This document shows, piece by piece, positions 20,424-31,843 of a DNA stretch of 33,577 nt. Within the stretch, counting starts at the first letter, position 1, and each line of letters starts with the position of its first letter. The position numbers and the translations under genes were made by a program. The stretch is from Octopus sinensis (lineage: Eukaryota), in the NCBI RefSeq assembly GCF_006345805.1, contig NW_021831968.1:1-33577 (forward strand). Direction: 5' to 3'. Under the pieces are notes generated by a model, which was not told the DNA's origin, made no database searches, and saw only the letters and a list, made by a program, of their open reading frames with translations.

Positions 20424-21104
20424 TGTAAAACAACTCTCGTATTACACTTTCTAAACTAGCGATGCTCAGCTCCTTGTATTAATAGTTCAGTTTCCACCCA
20501 CTCCATAGAAAGTTGTTTTACAATTTTCCCTACCACCACCGTTGTTTGCAAAGCAAAAGTCAGCATATTGTTTAATTAAACACAAACTAATTTTGCTCAG
20601 TTGCTAACTGCCCACATTTTGTATACTAGTTCATCCCTCATGTACCTGTTTTTAGATATTTTTGTGACCTAGTACCCTTTCATTAAATTTTTATGGAAAT
20701 TACTAATGAAACTATATTGGACATTTGTACATCATCATTCATGTTTCTTCTCTCACCTATATTACGATGTCTGATTCGTATTTTAATCCTGATATATTTT
20801 TTAGAATCTGTTTAAAATTCCTTGTTTGAATATTTTATTTCAAAGCAAAATTGCACCTTCTAAGCACTCATTGCTCCTTATGGTAATCCGCACAGTGATC
20901 CCTGCATAACCCTTCTTATAACACTAACCCCACTAGCCCCGCCTTGTAGTTTATAACGCTAAGCATTCGCTAACACTGAGTTTAAGAAAAGTTGCTCCAC
21001 GGAGTCACCATCCAGCGCTAAAACACATAATACAACTCACATGTCACAATTACCAAACAGATATAACTACACAACTCGTATGGCAATATTCTACATGATA
21101 AAAT

Positions 21105-21322
21105 GATAGCGAGCTGGCAATACCGTCAGCACTACGGACGTAATGTTAAGCAACATTTCGTTCGACTTTATGTTCTGAGTTCAAATGCCACAGAGGTAGA
21201 CTTTGCCTTCCATCCTTTCGAGGTCAATAAAATAAGTACCAGTTGAGTACTAGGGTTGATGCGATATACTTGCCTCCTCCCCCAAACCAGCTGGCCTTGT
21301 ACCTAAATTTGAAATCAGTATT
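21105..21322 (+). mobile_element. SINE type B2, older
   Basis: GCGAGCTGGCA...GAGTTCAAATGCC...GACTTTGCCTTCCATCCTTTCGAGGTCAATAAAATAAGTACCAGTTGAG...GGCCTTGTACCTAAATTTGAAA. Confidence 0.8.
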
Positions 21323-21336
21323 CTACATAACAAAAG

Positions 21337-21570
21337 GGCGGCGAGCTGGCAGAAACGTTAGCACGCCGGGCGAAATGCTTAGCAGTATTTCGTCTGCCGT
21401 TACGTTCTGTGTTCAAATTCCGCCGAGGTCGACTTTGCCTTTCATCCTTTCGGGGTCGATTAAATAAGTACCAGTTACGCACTGGGGTCGATATAATCGA
21501 CTTAATCCGTTTGTCTGTCCTTGTTCGTCCTCTCTGTGTTTAGCCCCTTGTGGGTAGTAAAGAAATAGAT
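21337..21570 (+). mobile_element. SINE type B, full length, young
   Basis: GGCGGCGAGCTGGCAGAAACGTTAGCACGCCGGGCG...GTTCAAATTCC...TTAGCCCCTTGTGGGTAGTAAAGAAATAG. Confidence 0.95.
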
Positions 21571-21577
21571 ATATCTT

Positions 21578-21740
21578 CCAGTTTTATAGTCTGAGTTTAA
21601 ATGTGACCGAGATTGGCGTTGACTCCCATCCTTTCGGAGTCGAGAAAATAAATACCAGTTGAGCATTGGGGGTCGATGTAATCGTTTTGCCTACTCCCTC
21701 AAAATTACTGGCTTTGTGCCAAAATTTGAAACCAATATTC
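21578..21740 (+). mobile_element. SINE B2 lacking its 5' head
   Basis: CATCCTTTCGGAGTCGAGAAAATAAATACCAGTTGAGC...GGGTCGATGTAATCG...GGCTTTGTGCCAAAATTTGAAACC. Confidence 0.75.
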
Positions 21741-21924
21741 TACATAACAGACAAATGAGACATTAGAATGACACCAGAAACAACAACAAAATGTCCACAA
21801 CAAATCAACATACCATGTAAGATACAAATACAATTTTTCTACACTCCCGAAAGACATCGGTGTAAACAGGGTTACGCCTAGAAGTTCGTTAATAAGTTGA
21901 CAAGAAACTATTGAAAACATCATT

Positions 21925-22440
21925 ATTGTTATTGATACTGCTGCTGCTCGTGCCGCTACTGCTACTCTTGTATTATCTTATTGGTGTCTATGTTACCAAG
22001 AGTGAGCGAGCTCCTTAAATCAAGATGATCAGCCTATTAAGACAACTGCCACAAAATTGTTTTGCTCTCACGCTGCACAGCTTTCGGCATTCTGATTAAA
22101 CACTTCATCAATCACTCTTTCTTTAATTACCTTGTTCAATTATATTTCCGCTTCAGACCTTCCTCCGCCTAAGGTACTAATAACAATTTTCACTCTCTTT
22201 GGTATGAAACCTTCCTTCTTTCTTTTTTTTCATCAAACCCAAACGCTATATTTTGGTTCGTAATCAATTTATCTTGATATTATCGTAACATGGAGGTGTG
22301 TTTTTCCTGTCAATTGGAATCCTCCATATATTCAATTTTTTTCTGAAGTTAAATCTGGTATTCTGGTACTGATGGATTTGCGTGAATGATATTCAAAATT
22401 CCATCACACTTCCTTGTTGTTCAGCAGTAATTTTTATTCA
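21925..22440 (-). mobile_element. Decayed RLE-domain 3' end of a second R4/NeSL-like family
   Basis: Minus strand across frames: WNFEYHSRKSISTRIPDLT, IW, KIVISTLGGG, MPKAV..ESKTIL; followed by a short UTR and degenerate trinucleotide tail. Confidence 0.6.
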
Positions 22441-22455
22441 ATCCGCCGAATTTCA

Positions 22456-22529
22456 ATGTTATACAATTAGTATCATAAGGGGATTATCATACATGTTATA
22501 TAATTAGTATCATTAGGGGATTATCATAC
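22456..22529 (+). repeat. 37-bp tandem duplication
   Basis: ATGTTATA(C/T)AATTAGTATCAT(A/T)AGGGGATTATCATAC x2. Confidence 0.9.
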
Positions 22530-23194
22530 ATATTCCAAAGCTATTAGTTATAGCCGGTCAACAAATTACGGACATATTCAAGTTGTTAAGAAATTTGTTT
22601 CGTTATCACGTGGTTCTAAGTTCGATACCATTACGTGACGTTGTGCATCTGTCTTCTACTTAAATGTCAGATTGACCCGAACATTTTGAGTGAAATTGAA
22701 AATACGGAAACACACCCGAGTGATTGTACGTCTTCTCAGCAGTAGACTTAATCTGCCGGACGCCGCAATACCATCATGTAGTCCGTAAGACCTTTTATCA
22801 TTCGAGCAAAGTCTCAGTCTGAAAATAATTCAATATATCATGATATATTGCTTTCTACTGCAAACACCCAATCACCAGTGGTTTCGACTTTTTTGTCGCT
22901 CATATGTCGGAAAATTATTTATTTATATGGATAAATAAATAAAGGATTATTATATCTGTTTCCATTGTCTACCTTATTACATTTTCTCGGGACCTTCTAC
23001 ATTAAGTATTTTAACTGGAATTAATACTGTGTGTGTGGTCAGAACCAAATTTGAGACTGAATTTATATCTACCTGGACTTGTCCCCCTACTTTGTCATAT
23101 ATATATATAAAGAGAGTTTACGAAAAAAAAAACAAAAGACGAAGACAGGTGGTGTACAAAACAAATTAGTATAACGCTCAGGAATAGAAAAAGT

Positions 23195-23230
23195 CTTTTA
23201 CGTTTCGAGCCTACGCTCTTCTACAGAAAG
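23195..23230 (-). ncRNA. Minimal hammerhead-like motif (A6U core variant) in a pLTR-like remnant, about 23110-23290
   Basis: Minus strand CTTT-CTGTAGA-A-GAGC-GTAG-GCTC-GAAA-CG-TA-AAAG with intact stems I and II. Confidence 0.55.
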
Positions 23231-23325
23231 GGAGACAGAAAAAACAAGGAGAGAAAAAAGGAGAGAACAAAATGTGTGTAGTGGGTAAAGATTTATCATG
23301 TATGTATGTGAGTGTGTGTGTGTAT

Positions 23326-23390
<65 letters not shown>

Positions 23391-23518
23391 TATACTCACA
23401 TACATACATACATGCATACATATATGAGTGTATATATATATGTATATATACATATATACATATATATATATATACATATATACATACATACATATATATA
23501 TATATATATTATATATAT

Positions 23519-23552
<34 letters not shown>

Positions 23553-23589
23553 CATATATACATATATACACACACATATATATATATAT

Positions 23590-24562
23590 TGTTACGTCGG
23601 GCGCTCCATTCAACTCAGGACCCTAAGTCGGCGACGACGTCTACACTCAGTCAAACGGAAATCCACCACAGAAAGCGGGAGTGGGGAGCGAACGCAAGCC
23701 AGTAACCGAAGACAACAACAACAGGAAGAGAGAGAGAGAGAGAGAGAGAGACAGCGGAAGGCAGGTGCTTACATTTAACAATTTATATAACTCACAACAT
23801 CAATTGAAACATTTCAAATACATTTAAACTACAAGGTTAACAGAGATTTAACAATTTATAACTTTACAAAATCGGTCAAACGTAATACAGAGTTAAAAAC
23901 AATCAAATCAATCACTGTCATTTAGCAAATGACAACGTCCGACTTTTCAAAACAATCAATTGGTTGACATGCAACACAATACAGAATCAAACAAGTAGTC
24001 TTTCTCTTTCCTTAATTTTCTTTTCTCTGCTTTCTTTTAGAAACACAAAAAGTTCTTATCACAAAGATTCCTTCTTTTACAGTCTCTTTTTCAAACATCA
24101 TAATTCAACATTAAAGTCCCAAACACAAATCAAAACAGAAACAACAATACCGAATGTTTCTGAACCCACTATAGCAGTCCAGCTTCTTCGCGTCTCTCTC
24201 TCGGCTCCTTCGCTGTCATCCTCTCTCTACCTCTCGCCTGTCAATTTCTCATCTTCTCTCCCTGTCTTCCTCGCCTCTTGCCACTATCATCTCCTCGCTG
24301 GCTGTCTGCATCGACTCGCTGTCCCAACCGAACTCTTTTCCGGCCCTTCGCTGTCTGCCCGTCTAGCACCAGTTCGTCGCATTTTAAAGGGTGGCATTTT
24401 TTTTTTCAACTTTCCCTGACCGTGTAAGGGTCAGAGATACTTCCTAAACTCATTAATTTCCCTTGCCGTTGGCAGGACAAAGAATAATTTTTTTTCCCCG
24501 CCGGTTCGACTCCAACCAAAGGAACTAGGGCATAGCGTTTTCCCGTTTATTCATCTCCGTAA

Positions 24563-24564
<2 letters not shown>
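23590..24564. mobile_element. Probable solo LTR (975 bp), likely Ty3/Gypsy or BEL type
   Basis: TGTTACG...CGTAACA 7-bp terminal inverted repeat with TG/CA ends, non-coding interior, set in (TA)n; flanks ATAT/CTAT are an imperfect TSD. Confidence 0.6.
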
Positions 24565-24647
<83 letters not shown>

Positions 24648-25323
24648 ATATATTAGTGACTACTTTGTTAAGTAGGCCTTCACTACCAACTAGTATATAC
24701 CTACCCGCTTCCCCTTATTCGATCTGATGGCCTTTCACTCATATCTACTTCACTTTATTTTCAACGATGTAACTAGAGACTTCTTCCATCATTTATCATG
24801 GATTTTCTTTGATATTTCAACAACGAATCAGCTAAATTACATTATCTTTTAATGCAGACACTTCCTAATTCCTCAACGAACTGGTAACTAATAATATCCT
24901 GAATTAGTCATATTCCTTATTTCTTTCTCTCCGATGACGGAGTATCTAGCCAATGTGGAAATCTTCACACAGTAATATAAGATCCATATGCTTAGCTATT
25001 CTACAAACTGCTGTAAGTTTCTAGAATAGTTTAGCAAATATAATATCACCCGTTGTCTACACGAGTTCCTCGAGTAACAGACTACAACTGCCAAAATGTT
25101 TTCTAATAGAAATAAGCGAAACGGAGATTTAAAAAAAAAACGAGGTAACTTTTTACAGGTGCTGTTTGCACAGCATCTCACCCGCAAGGCACGATGGGTC
25201 AAAACGATCGTAGTGAATAATAAAGAATCTTGTGAATTCCATTTTCTCTCACTCGTATGCACTGCGTCCCACATTATTAGGTAAATCAACCTTCTCTCAA
25301 TAAATAAATGTGTATTCGTTCAA

Positions 25324-25799
25324 AACCAGTTGTTTTCCCTCTGACTGTTGGCAACATCTCTCTGCGCACATTCTGTTAAAATAAAACCGATCTGCGCAAA
25401 CGAGAACAGCGGCCATTAATCGTGTTGCAGCAACATTTTTGCTGTCACAAATAATTAGGCAGGTGCCTAATTTAAGTATCATTATGGGTCAGAAACGTGA
25501 TCCTACTTCGAATGAGAAGTCTACAATTATTTTCATTCCAACTTATTATTATGATTACCATTAAGTCTTTTATGAATAAGTTTTTTGTTAAACCTTTACT
25601 GTTGAATTAAGTAAATGCTTGTTCTGACTCAGTCATCATATTTATTATACTTGCCTAATAATTTGTGACAGGGAAAATGCTGCCCAATCATACAAATGGC
25701 GCCATTTGTTGGTGTTTGCGCAGATTCGATTTATTTTAACAGAATGTATGCAAAATTTAACGAAATGTGCGCCAACAGTCAGTGGGAAAGCAACTAGTT
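25324..25799. mobile_element. MITE-like element with imperfect TIRs of about 95-105 bp
   Basis: 25324-25417 aligns to the reverse complement of 25695-25799 (CTGACTGTTGGC, CATTCTGTTAAAATAAA, ATCTGCGCAAAC shared); no TSD seen. Confidence 0.65.
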
Positions 25800-25808
25800 G
25801 TGACTAAA

Positions 25809-25880
25809 ACTCTTCAAAGCAGTGCTTCAGCATGGCCGCAGTAAATGACTGAAACAAGTAAAAGAATAAAAGAATAAAGA
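25809..25880 (+). mobile_element. Isolated SINE A/CR1-type 3' tail
   Basis: GCAGTGCTTCAGCATGGCCGCAGTAAATGACTGAAACAAGTAAAAGAATAAAAGAATA. Confidence 0.8.
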
Positions 25881-25904
25881 ATACACACATACACAAAAAC
25901 ATAT

Positions 25905-26079
25905 ATACATCCATCCATACATATTTGCATACATATACGCATGCATATACACAGATACACAAGTACATGTATACATACGCACATGCATGTATAAATACAT
26001 ATATACATGCATGCATACATGCACACATGTATATGTACTTACATGTATACACGCATACATACATACATACATACATACA

Positions 26080-26111
<32 letters not shown>

Positions 26112-26165
26112 GACATACATACATGCATGTATATATACAAACATACATACATACATGCATACATG
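25905..26165. repeat. (CATA)n-rich microsatellite
   Basis: Read directly. Confidence 0.9.
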
Positions 26166-26615
26166 CACTTATTGAGACAAGGTTGATTTCCCTAATATTG
26201 CGTGATGCAGTGTATGTATATATAGAAATTATGTGGACGATATTTTCAACCGAGACGTTACAACCGTATATGATTCTTCAAGTGCTTCAACTCTGTGTAT
26301 ATACATATATTTACTCGATTGCTGACATGTAGCAATGGTTTCTCTCGTTGTTTTGATATGAAATTTTCAATCATTAATAAAACTGTTGGTATATTTGACA
26401 ACACGAGTGATTTAATGAATATTGATCTTGTAATAAGAAAATGCCGACAGTGACTTCGAAATTTCGGTTTGCTAGTCTTCGTTAGACAATGTGACGAAAG
26501 AGAACAGATCACTGTGAATCTCTGCGAACCTTTTTCTTGAAAAAGTTTCGTAAACATGTTCTATGCTAAAAAATTCTTGAAGAATCCTTCAGTTAATTGT
26601 TAAACTGTATATATA

Positions 26616-27000
26616 CTCTTTACTCTTTTACTTGTTTCAGTCATTTGACTGCGGCCATGCTGGAGCACCGCCTTTAGTCAAGCAAATCGACCCCGGGACT
26701 TATTCTTTGTAAGCCCAGTACTTATTCTATCGGTCTCTTTTGCTAAGTGACGGGTCGTAAACACACCAGCATCGGTTGTCAAGCAAACACAGACACACAA
26801 ACATATACACACACGCTTATATATATATACATATATACGACAGGCTTCTTTCAGTTTCCGTCTACCAAATCCACTCACAAGGCATTGGTCGGCCCGGGGC
26901 TATAGCAGAAGACACTTGCCCAAGATGCCACGCAGTGGGACTGAACCCGGAACCATGTGGTTGGTTAGCAAGCTACTTACCACGCAGTCACTCCTGCGCT
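26616..27000 (-). mobile_element. SINE type A, full length
   Basis: Reverse complement of the 11927-12331 copy from the (GAGTAAAA)n tail to the GCGCAGGAG head. Confidence 0.95.
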
Positions 27001-27051
27001 ATATATTATATATATATATAACTTAGCATAAAAATAAAGATTAGATAGATA

Positions 27052-27495
27052 TGCTTCTTTATTAGCCACACAAGGCTGAATACAGAGGGGAAAAATTACA
27101 AAGTAGAGCTTTTCTTTTTGGGGAGAAAAAAAAAGAAAAAGAAAAAAGAAAAGGGTGGTAGGTTTTCGATCAAAAGGGAACGTAAAAAGAGAAAAAAAAC
27201 GATTAATAGGGATCGGGTATCACAGAAATGTCATGATGTAAAGTGTGAAGGGGGAAGCAGATGAGGTTTATCAGTGGAAAGAAAAACCTACAGAAACGAC
27301 CACGGTAACCTCGGTTAATGATGTTACATGTTACCAAATTTTAAATTTTTCCGGGTTCATAGGATTATGCTCAAGGTGGCTTCGTTATTCATACGTGCCA
27401 TCCTTGCTATATTTCCCCATTTTTTTTTAAACATTCGCTAGACAAAACTTCTCTACACTCACTTTCCTTTTCAAGTGATACTTGAAGAAGTTACA
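27052..27495 (-). mobile_element. 5'-truncated LINE 3' end (ORF2 C-terminus plus pyrimidine-rich 3' UTR), probably L1/Tx1 clade
   Basis: Minus strand NFFKYHLKRKVSVE then, after a frameshift, ARMARMNNEATLSIIL*, a U-rich UTR and a terminal AATAAAG; clade assignment is from recalled similarity only. Confidence 0.55.
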
Positions 27496-27496
27496 T

Positions 27497-27498
27497 AA

Positions 27499-27539
<41 letters not shown>

Positions 27540-27631
27540 GAGAGAGATAGACAGACAGACAGACATAGATAGATCGATAAATAGATAGAGAGAGACGGAG
27601 AGAGAGATAGAGAGAGAGGGATAGAGAGAGG

Positions 27632-27713
<82 letters not shown>
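27497..27713. repeat. (GATA)n/(GACA)n/(GA)n microsatellite
   Basis: Read directly. Confidence 0.95.
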
Positions 27714-27714
<1 letters not shown>

Positions 27715-28115
27715 GTGTGTATTCATGTAGGAATATATATGTGAGTGTGTGTGTATCTATATATACATACATACAGGCAGACAGACAGACAGAACAGAAG
27801 CTATGATGTGATTTTTAAATTCTCGATGACGATAATTTTTTTTAAAAGCACACGGCTTTCATTCGTTTGTCTCCGAACATTTCCATTCAATGCTGTATAC
27901 CACCACAAGAATAGTCTTGAATTATATCCTCCTTTCGATACTCACCAACTCTTATTTCCTTTCCTCTATCGCTGATAGTAAAACTAATTCTGAAATCATA
28001 CTTGAGACGTAGGAATTCATAAAAGCCTTGTTTGTTTTGCAAATATTAATATATTACAAAGATTTATAGAGGAAGCCATAATGAAATGAGACACATCCGG
28101 CAGTTTCCTTATAGT

Positions 28116-28191
<76 letters not shown>

Positions 28192-28303
28192 TTAGATTTT
28201 CTAATTAAATTGTATCTTCTTGTATCAATCCAAACATTGGCTTTGCTATTTTTATGTGTTGTGTGGATGGGCGTGGGTACGAGTGTGTGTGTGTATATAT
28301 ATA

Positions 28304-28344
<41 letters not shown>

Positions 28345-28402
28345 TGTGTGTGTGTGCGTGTTTATGTATGTGTGTGTCCATGTTCCTTTAATGTACAGTA
28401 TA

Positions 28403-28560
28403 GGCGCACGCGTAGCTGTGTGGTAAGAAGCGTACTTCCCAGCCACATGGTCCCGGGTTCAGTCCCACTGCGTGGCAAGTGTCTTCTGCTATAACCTTGG
28501 GCAGACCAAAGCCTTGTGAGTGGATTCAGTCAACGGAAACTGAAAGAAGCCTGTCGTATG
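28403..28560 (+). mobile_element. SINE A 5' half (head and core)
   Basis: GGCGCA...GCTGTGTGGTAAG...GGTTCAGTCCCACTGCGTGGCAAGTGTCTTCT...ACGGAAACTGAAAGAAGCCTGTCG; small deletion between GGCA repeats. Confidence 0.85.
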
Positions 28561-28589
28561 TATTAATGTGTTAGTTACAATCTTAGATT

Positions 28590-28940
28590 GTGAAAGCTAG
28601 ACAAAAGATTAAAGCTTTGAAATGAAATTTTATAGAAAGATCGTTCGTTTTCCTCATATAAAACATGGAAACGATTTGTGAAGATGGTGGACGACTCATT
28701 CAGTCTGTCACCAGTTAAAAGGTTGAAAATGTATGGCTGTGAAAAACTACCGTACTGTGACAATCTGTCCCAAGTAAATATGGGCATACGTGAACAAATC
28801 TCCGGTAAAAGAGATACAGGAAGACAACAAAGGATTTGGTTGAGCAACATCAAGGAAAAGAATGGACAAGAAAGAAAATGGTGGAAAATGCGTAAAGTTT
28901 GATGACCGGAAATGATGGCAGAAAGTCGTGCTGTGCACCT
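28590..28940 (+). mobile_element. Decayed RTE-clade (BovB-like) RT C-terminal fragment
   Basis: AFEMKFYRKI (28621+), RLKMYG, GKRDTGRQQRIWLSNIKE (cf. GKRxRGRQRKxWLDNIKE). Confidence 0.7.
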
Positions 28941-28969
28941 ACACGTTCCTTAGCCTATGGAATTTGCAG

Positions 28970-29342
28970 ATGATGGTGCTGTTGTTGTTGAGCGGTCCGG
29001 TCCGAGTGGTCCGAAACGTGGTCCTTTGCTATTCGTAAGACTCGCAGAAGAGAAAGCCGGTCAACCCCCGACGAGACCGAGAGCATCGACGGATGGATGA
29101 ATGCGCATCCAGGCTCAGCGGTTGCGTAGGAAGTCGGGGACAAGAAACAGGAAGAATGAGTGAGTGAGAGAAAGTTGGACCGAAAGAGTACTACAGGGGT
29201 CGCCACCACCCCCTGCCGGAGCATCGTGGAGCTTTAGGTGTTTTCGCTCAATAAACACACACAACGCCCGGTCTGGGAATCGAAACCGCGATCCTCCGAC
29301 CGCGAGTCCGCTGCCCTAACCACTGGGCCATTGCGCCTCCAC
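28970..29342 (-). mobile_element. SINE type C, full length, tRNA-derived head (possibly Arg-type), (CAA)n tail
   Basis: Minus strand GGAGGCGCAATGGCCCAGTGGTTAG (A box)...GGACTCGCGGTC...GGTTTCGATTCCC (B box), unique body, ends GGACCGCTCAACAACAAC. Confidence 0.85.
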
Positions 29343-29349
29343 TTGCATA

Positions 29350-29353
29350 CGAC

Positions 29354-29394
<41 letters not shown>

Positions 29395-29625
29395 CGACGA
29401 CGACGACGACGACGACGATGGAGATGCCGATGTTGATAATGTAGACAAAGACAAAGACGACGACAGCAACAACGATAGCAAGAAGGAGTAGGGGGAGAAG
29501 GAGGAGGAGGAGGACAATGACGCTAACAATACCGACGATCTTGGTGACGACGGCACCGATCACAACGATGACGATGATGATGACGATGATGATGGTGGTG
29601 GTGGTGGTGGTCGTCGTCGTCGTGT
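29350..29625. repeat. Compound trinucleotide array (GAT/GAC/GAG/GGT/CGT)
   Basis: Read directly. Confidence 0.93.
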
Positions 29626-30068
29626 AATGAAAACCGATAAGACCCAAATTTGGTAGTTTGCTTTTCGTCCACCTCAGCTAGAAACCTAAAAAAAAAGAAA
29701 AGAGTAGAAAAATATCATTCATATAATTGATGTGAAAAGGGTTATCAATTAATATTTTTAAAAACATCGTTATTATTCCATCTAGCGGGAATACTAAATT
29801 TACTACACGTAGTCAACATAAAAATGCAAAAATAACTCCTATAATTGCATATAATGAATTGATTTGCATAGCACTTCTTCATAAAGTTGGTTACTCAACT
29901 GGAAATTCACTAACTTGTAATCTTTCCATACGATTAAGATTCATCAGTTCCGCAAATATAAATCACGTATAATTAAACTTGTATAATAAACTTACTTTTT
30001 TATTTTTATTTTCATAGCTATTATCAACAACACTAGAAAACAGATAATATTCAAATATGTATACATAT

Positions 30069-30240
30069 ATACGACCAGCTTCTATCAGTTTCCGTCTACC
30101 AAATCCTCCCTTCCACAAGGCTTTGGTTGACGCGAAGCTACAGTAAAAAAACACTTCCCAAAGTTACCATGCAGTGAGACAGAACCCTGAATCACGTGAT
30201 TGGGAAGCAATCTTCTTACCACACACCCACGCCTGCCCCT
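30069..30240 (-). mobile_element. Old SINE A 5' half
   Basis: CAGTTTCCGTCTACCAAATCC...CACAAGGCTTTGGTTG...CTTACCACACACCCACGCCTGC. Confidence 0.75.
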
Positions 30241-30252
30241 CCACACAGCCGC

Positions 30253-30435
30253 GCCTTGACAACTGATGCTGATGTGTTTATGTTCTTGTAGGTTAGCGGT
30301 TCGGCAAAAGTGATCGATAGAATAAGTACCAGGTTTTAAAAAAAAATAATGAGTACTGGAGTCGGTTCATTTGACTAAAAATGCATCGAGGCGGTGCCCT
30401 AACATAGCTGCAGTCTAATGACTGAAGCAAGTAAA

Positions 30436-30436
<1 letters not shown>
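30253..30436 (+). mobile_element. Old SINE A 3' half
   Basis: CTTGACAACTGATGCTG...TTAGCGGTTCGGCAAAAG...GATAGAATAAGTAC...GGCGGTGCC...ATGACTGAAGCAAGTAAA. Confidence 0.8.
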
Positions 30437-30491
<55 letters not shown>

Positions 30492-30494
<3 letters not shown>

Positions 30495-30904
30495 CGCTCT
30501 GTGGTAATAGCTTGCTAACCAACCACATGGTTCCGGGTTCAGTCCCACTGCGTGGCATCTTGGGCAAGTGTCTTCTGCTATAGCCCCGGGCCGACCAATG
30601 CCTTGTGAGTGGATTTGGTAGACGGAAACTGAAAGAAGCCTGTCGTATATATGTATATATATATATGTATGTGTCTGTGTGTGTGTTTGTGTGCCTGTGG
30701 TTGTCCCCCTAGCATTGCTTGACAACCGATGCTGGTGTGTTTACGTCCCCGTCACTTAGCGGTTCGGCAAAAGAGACCGATAGAATAAGTACTGGGCTTA
30801 CAAAGAATAAGTCCCGGGGTCGATTTGCTCGACTAAAGGCGGTGCTCCAGCATGGCCGCAGTCAAATGACTGAAACAAGTAAAAGAGTAAAAGAGTAAAA
30901 GAGT
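30492..30904 (+). mobile_element. SINE type A, near full length, young
   Basis: Nearly identical to 11927 and 26616, with a short deletion in the A-box region; (GAGTAAAA)x3 tail. Confidence 0.95.
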
Positions 30905-31085
30905 ATATATATATATATATCTTCTTATATTGAAAGTTATTATTTCCTTCTATTTAACCCTTTCATATCGTCTCTCATGATGCGATATCCTTCAAACCCC
31001 TGAAACAGCTGTAAGACTACCTTTCTCTTTATAAATGTCCTAGAAGTTTCACACTGCCATGGCTTTGTTGTCGAATTATTACACA

Positions 31086-31125
<40 letters not shown>

Positions 31126-31207
31126 ACAACACTCACACACACACACACACACATATATATATTATATATATATATATATATTATATATATCTATATATAT
31201 ATTATAT

Positions 31208-31252
<45 letters not shown>

Positions 31253-31253
<1 letters not shown>

Positions 31254-31649
31254 TAAGCAGTATCGCCTGGCGTTGCTCGGGTTTGTAAGGGAAGTAACTA
31301 TATAAGCATTTTTAGAGATGTAAAGTATAATAGCCATCTCAATATGGCTAACTACAAAGGGGAGGGCGGTTACTGTAGCTTTTTACGTTCTGAGATTTAA
31401 TAAATTTTTAGAGAGTTACTTCCCTTATATATGCCAAAAATGCGTTCGTTAAAAATGGGAAAAATTGATGGTAATTTTTTTTAAATCGTAGACTCATCGT
31501 AGACGCGCGCTAATACCAGAAGGGTGCTCGATATGAATCACGACTATAAGATACCCGGTTTGGGTTAAACTGCACCGCAAAATGTGGGAGTAGTTAGGAA
31601 TCTAAATCGTAGAGACAGACAGCACACAACCTCACTTTTATATATAAAG

Positions 31650-31650
<1 letters not shown>
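31253..31650 (-). mobile_element. Non-autonomous Helitron, second copy
   Basis: Minus strand A|TCTTTATATATAAAAGTG...CCCGAGCAACGCCAGGCGATACTGCTTAG|T, inserted between A and T within (TA)n. Confidence 0.8.
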
Positions 31651-31700
<50 letters not shown>

Positions 31701-31702
<2 letters not shown>

Positions 31703-31843
31703 TCTTTATTACCCACAAGGGGCTAAACATAGAGGGGACAAACAAGGACAGACAAACGAATTAAGTCGATTACATCGACCCAGTGCGTAACTGGTACTTA
31801 ATTTATCGACCCGGAAAGGATGAAAGGCAAAGTCGACCTCGGC
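31701..31843 (-). mobile_element. SINE B, 5'-truncated
   Basis: CTTCTTTATTACCCACAAGGGGCTAAAC...GGCAAAGTCGACCTCGGCG. Confidence 0.9.

Noticed and set aside
20460-20900. Possible very old RTE fragment on the minus strand
   Set aside because: Only faint similarity (MWAV-like) by eye; too weak to call without an HMM search.
29255-29342. tRNA gene, and likewise the heads of SINE A and B
   Set aside because: A and B boxes are present but there is no complete cloverleaf or acceptor stem, and the sequence continues into a SINE body.
29920-29950. Minus-strand CTGATGA...GAAA as another hammerhead
   Set aside because: No stem II pairing and no stem I/III closure. The same applies to CTGATGA in the 5984/6053 microsatellite, CTGAAGA at 19781 (mariner) and the minus-strand CTGAAGA near 17024.
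292-31256. Numerous ORFs rich in IY, HT, CV, LS, poly-M/V/S/Y
   Set aside because: They are translations of di-, tri- and tetranucleotide repeats that lack stop codons in some frames; no coding evidence.
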